This document shows, in pieces, positions 61,900-64,000 of a stretch of DNA of 64,000 bases. This stretch comes from Basidiobolus meristosporus CBS 931.73 (Eukaryota > Fungi > Basidiobolomycota). The notes beneath the pieces are model-generated. The model did not search any database. It was not told where the DNA came from and worked only from the letters and a program-made list of their open reading frames with translations. How positions within the stretch are numbered: the first letter of the stretch is position 1; every line of letters starts with the position of its first letter. A program made the position numbers and the translations under genes. The DNA is taken from positions 1 through 64,000 of the forward strand of contig MCFE01000052.1 in the NCBI GenBank assembly GCA_002104905.1, written 5' to 3'.

Positions 61900-62775
61900 A
61901 AGAGCCTTTTACTAGCAGGGTCTTTTGCAGTAGTTGCAAAATAGGCTGCTGTTGCCTTTGTAGGGTCTTGGGTACCTCCTTTGTTGGTTATCATTGCTTA
62001 TTAAAGCATTTTCTTCTTCCTTCTTATTGGTGCTTGTTTTTCTTAATTCTTCCTCCAGGAGCCTTCTATATATCTAATTTAAGGTCAAATCTTCAGTTCT
62101 GAGCTCTAGGGCTGATACAAGGCTCTGAAACTTATCTGTAAGGCTATTTAACATGGTAATTAGCACATCCTCATCAGTAGCTGGTAAGCCTACAAATTCC
62201 ATCTCATCCACCAGCTGGGTAATTCTGCTAATTAGATTTTTCATTTTGTCTCCTGGCTGCATTCTTGTGGTAAAGAATTTTTGTCTAATCTACATTTTCT
62301 TAGCAGCTGAACATGACTAATAGGTGTCTTCTAATGCCTTCCAGACATTCTTTGCTGTTTTTGCTCTTGAGCATTGAATTAGCAATTTGTCTTTAACATT
62401 AAGGCAAATGCATTTAAAGACACTTTGTTCTTTCTGGTGGTACTTTAAGACTTCCTCTCCCACATTTTTAGGAGGGCATTTTTCTTCCATGCCAATATCC
62501 CAAAGACCTCTTTCTTGTAGCAGTATCTTCAGCTTCACCTTCAACATTTGGCAGTTAGATCCATCCTGCATTTCAGCAGAGGGAAAAATTCCAGTAATAG
62601 CAGTAGTAGACATTGCAGAGAGTGACAGCTTGGGGCTTATAGCCTGTTGTCAGAGTCTTGGAGATATTGGAAGTGATTGTGGGGACAAGTAGATTATGTA
62701 GCTTTCACTTGATGATTTATTAAATGTAAAAGTAGTATTTATACTTTTACATGGTTTTGGCATTGTAAACATGTA
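61900..62775 (-). mobile_element. Copia family A 5' fragment (partial LTR 62645-62775, PBS, gag)
   Basis: ORFs 62317-62613 and 62074-62262 match gag at 20140-20751. PBS GGCTATAAGCCCC. Confidence 0.85.
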
Positions 62776-62982
62776 GTTTTGCACCTTAATAAAATAAAAG
62801 GGTTTCAATAAAAGCAGAGTAAAGTTAGTTTATGTGTACATCAAATGCTTCAATTACTGGCTGGATGGATATTATGTAGGAGCAATAAGCTCAGTAACCT
62901 CAAAGGAAAGATATGATGAATGGGCCACCAACATCATCCAAATGAGTATAAAAGTGGAGATAATAAACACAACCCTTCATAA

Positions 62983-63331
62983 TGTTGTAAAAGGCTGCAA
63001 TTCTACCTCCATATTCACCCAACTTAGTCACTTATAGCATTCCCTTCAAATCCTAGAGAATACTGACCAAATTCCTTGTTGGGATTTACTTGGAATATTT
63101 TCACCAAAATACCAGGTACCCAGAACATGAAAATTCTCAAAGTTGGCCAAACAGCCGCAAACTTTGCACAAATGTTCTTGGGATCTTTCTTAACCTATTC
63201 TATGTGCTTTTATGCCAATTCTATGTAAAAGTATAAATGCTACTGTTACATTCAATCAATTATTAGGTGAAAACCACATAATCTACTTGTTTTTCCCAAT
63301 CACTTCCAATATCTCCAAGACTCTTACAACA
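62983..63331 (+). mobile_element. Copia family A LTR (isolated)
   Basis: 349 bp, TGTTG...CAACA, colinear with 14885-15230. No TSD. Confidence 0.88.
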
Positions 63332-64000
63332 GTTCTTAAGTAAATAACTATCAACTTAGCAATAAGCTAAGTGAACTCCAACAAAAAACATAGAAAAGGC
63401 TGGCAAAATACCATTATGGTATCAGCTGAATTCCAAGTTTCTCAAAATTGACAACTCTCAGTATCTCTGTTGTTGGCTGATGAGCATGCAAGCAAACAAA
63501 TTCCCTAGGAGGAGACTAGGCCAATAACATCCATACCAAATTTGGTAATATGTGGCCAATTACTTCCATCAAAAATTGCATTTGAAGATTTGAACCAAAA
63601 ACACCAGCTGAATACCAGCAAAATACTACTAGAATACCAACAGAAAATCAGATGAATTCCAAGTTTGAGATTTTTCATTGGAGGAGTCTTGCATCATATT
63701 AGTGGTTTAGGTGTAAGCTTAGCAATTTAAACACCTGGGATCTTACTATACTTATTCTAAATGTGTGCATTGTTAAGACCATGTTATGGTGTAGCCATTA
63801 CTTCTATATTGAAAATATTATCAAGTAAAGATACATAGACCACCTGTTCTGTCAGCCACTTCCTGTTGTGCATAAATACTTAAAACTTAGCTGATTTTTC
63901 ACTGCTAGAAAATCTAGTACCCTAACTGTGCTTCCCAAACCCAAACATAGCTAATTCCAGTTATAGATTGTTCCACCACTTCTGATAATCTATTTTTAGC

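Noticed and set aside
62780-64000. Possible coding remnants outside the LTR (62834-63037 and about 63400-63750)
   Set aside because: Multiple stops and no recognisable motif; left unassigned.

Overview
Eukaryotic, fungal-type DNA with short GT-AG introns. An early-diverging fungus is plausible, but the species cannot be determined from the sequence. The window has two sharply different parts. (1) About 1-11.4 kb is GC- and CpG-rich and gene-dense: IAH1-like SGNH esterase (5'-partial), Arp10, a small secreted Ser/Thr-rich protein, a LAMMER/CLK kinase, a Sac7-like RhoGAP and a Pho85-type (Pcl) cyclin. (2) About 12.3-64 kb is an AT-rich, strongly CpG-depleted block with no recognisable host gene, built from nested transposons. 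These include two Ty1/copia families, one Ty3/gypsy family (one copy has identical LTRs), a CACTA/EnSpm-like family with CCCTA(CG) termini and a second divergent ORF, a Harbinger/PHIS-like element with a related 732-bp foldback, and solo LTRs. Matching TSDs and TIRs reconstruct a four-level nest spanning about 32-59 kb. The most notable signals are direct fossils of CpG deamination and an intact transposase with almost no CpG and only AGR arginine codons beside a CpG-rich partner ORF. Both copia and gypsy PBSs point to initiator tRNA-Met but use different parts of it. All alignments, counts and identities were made by eye; no database searches were run.
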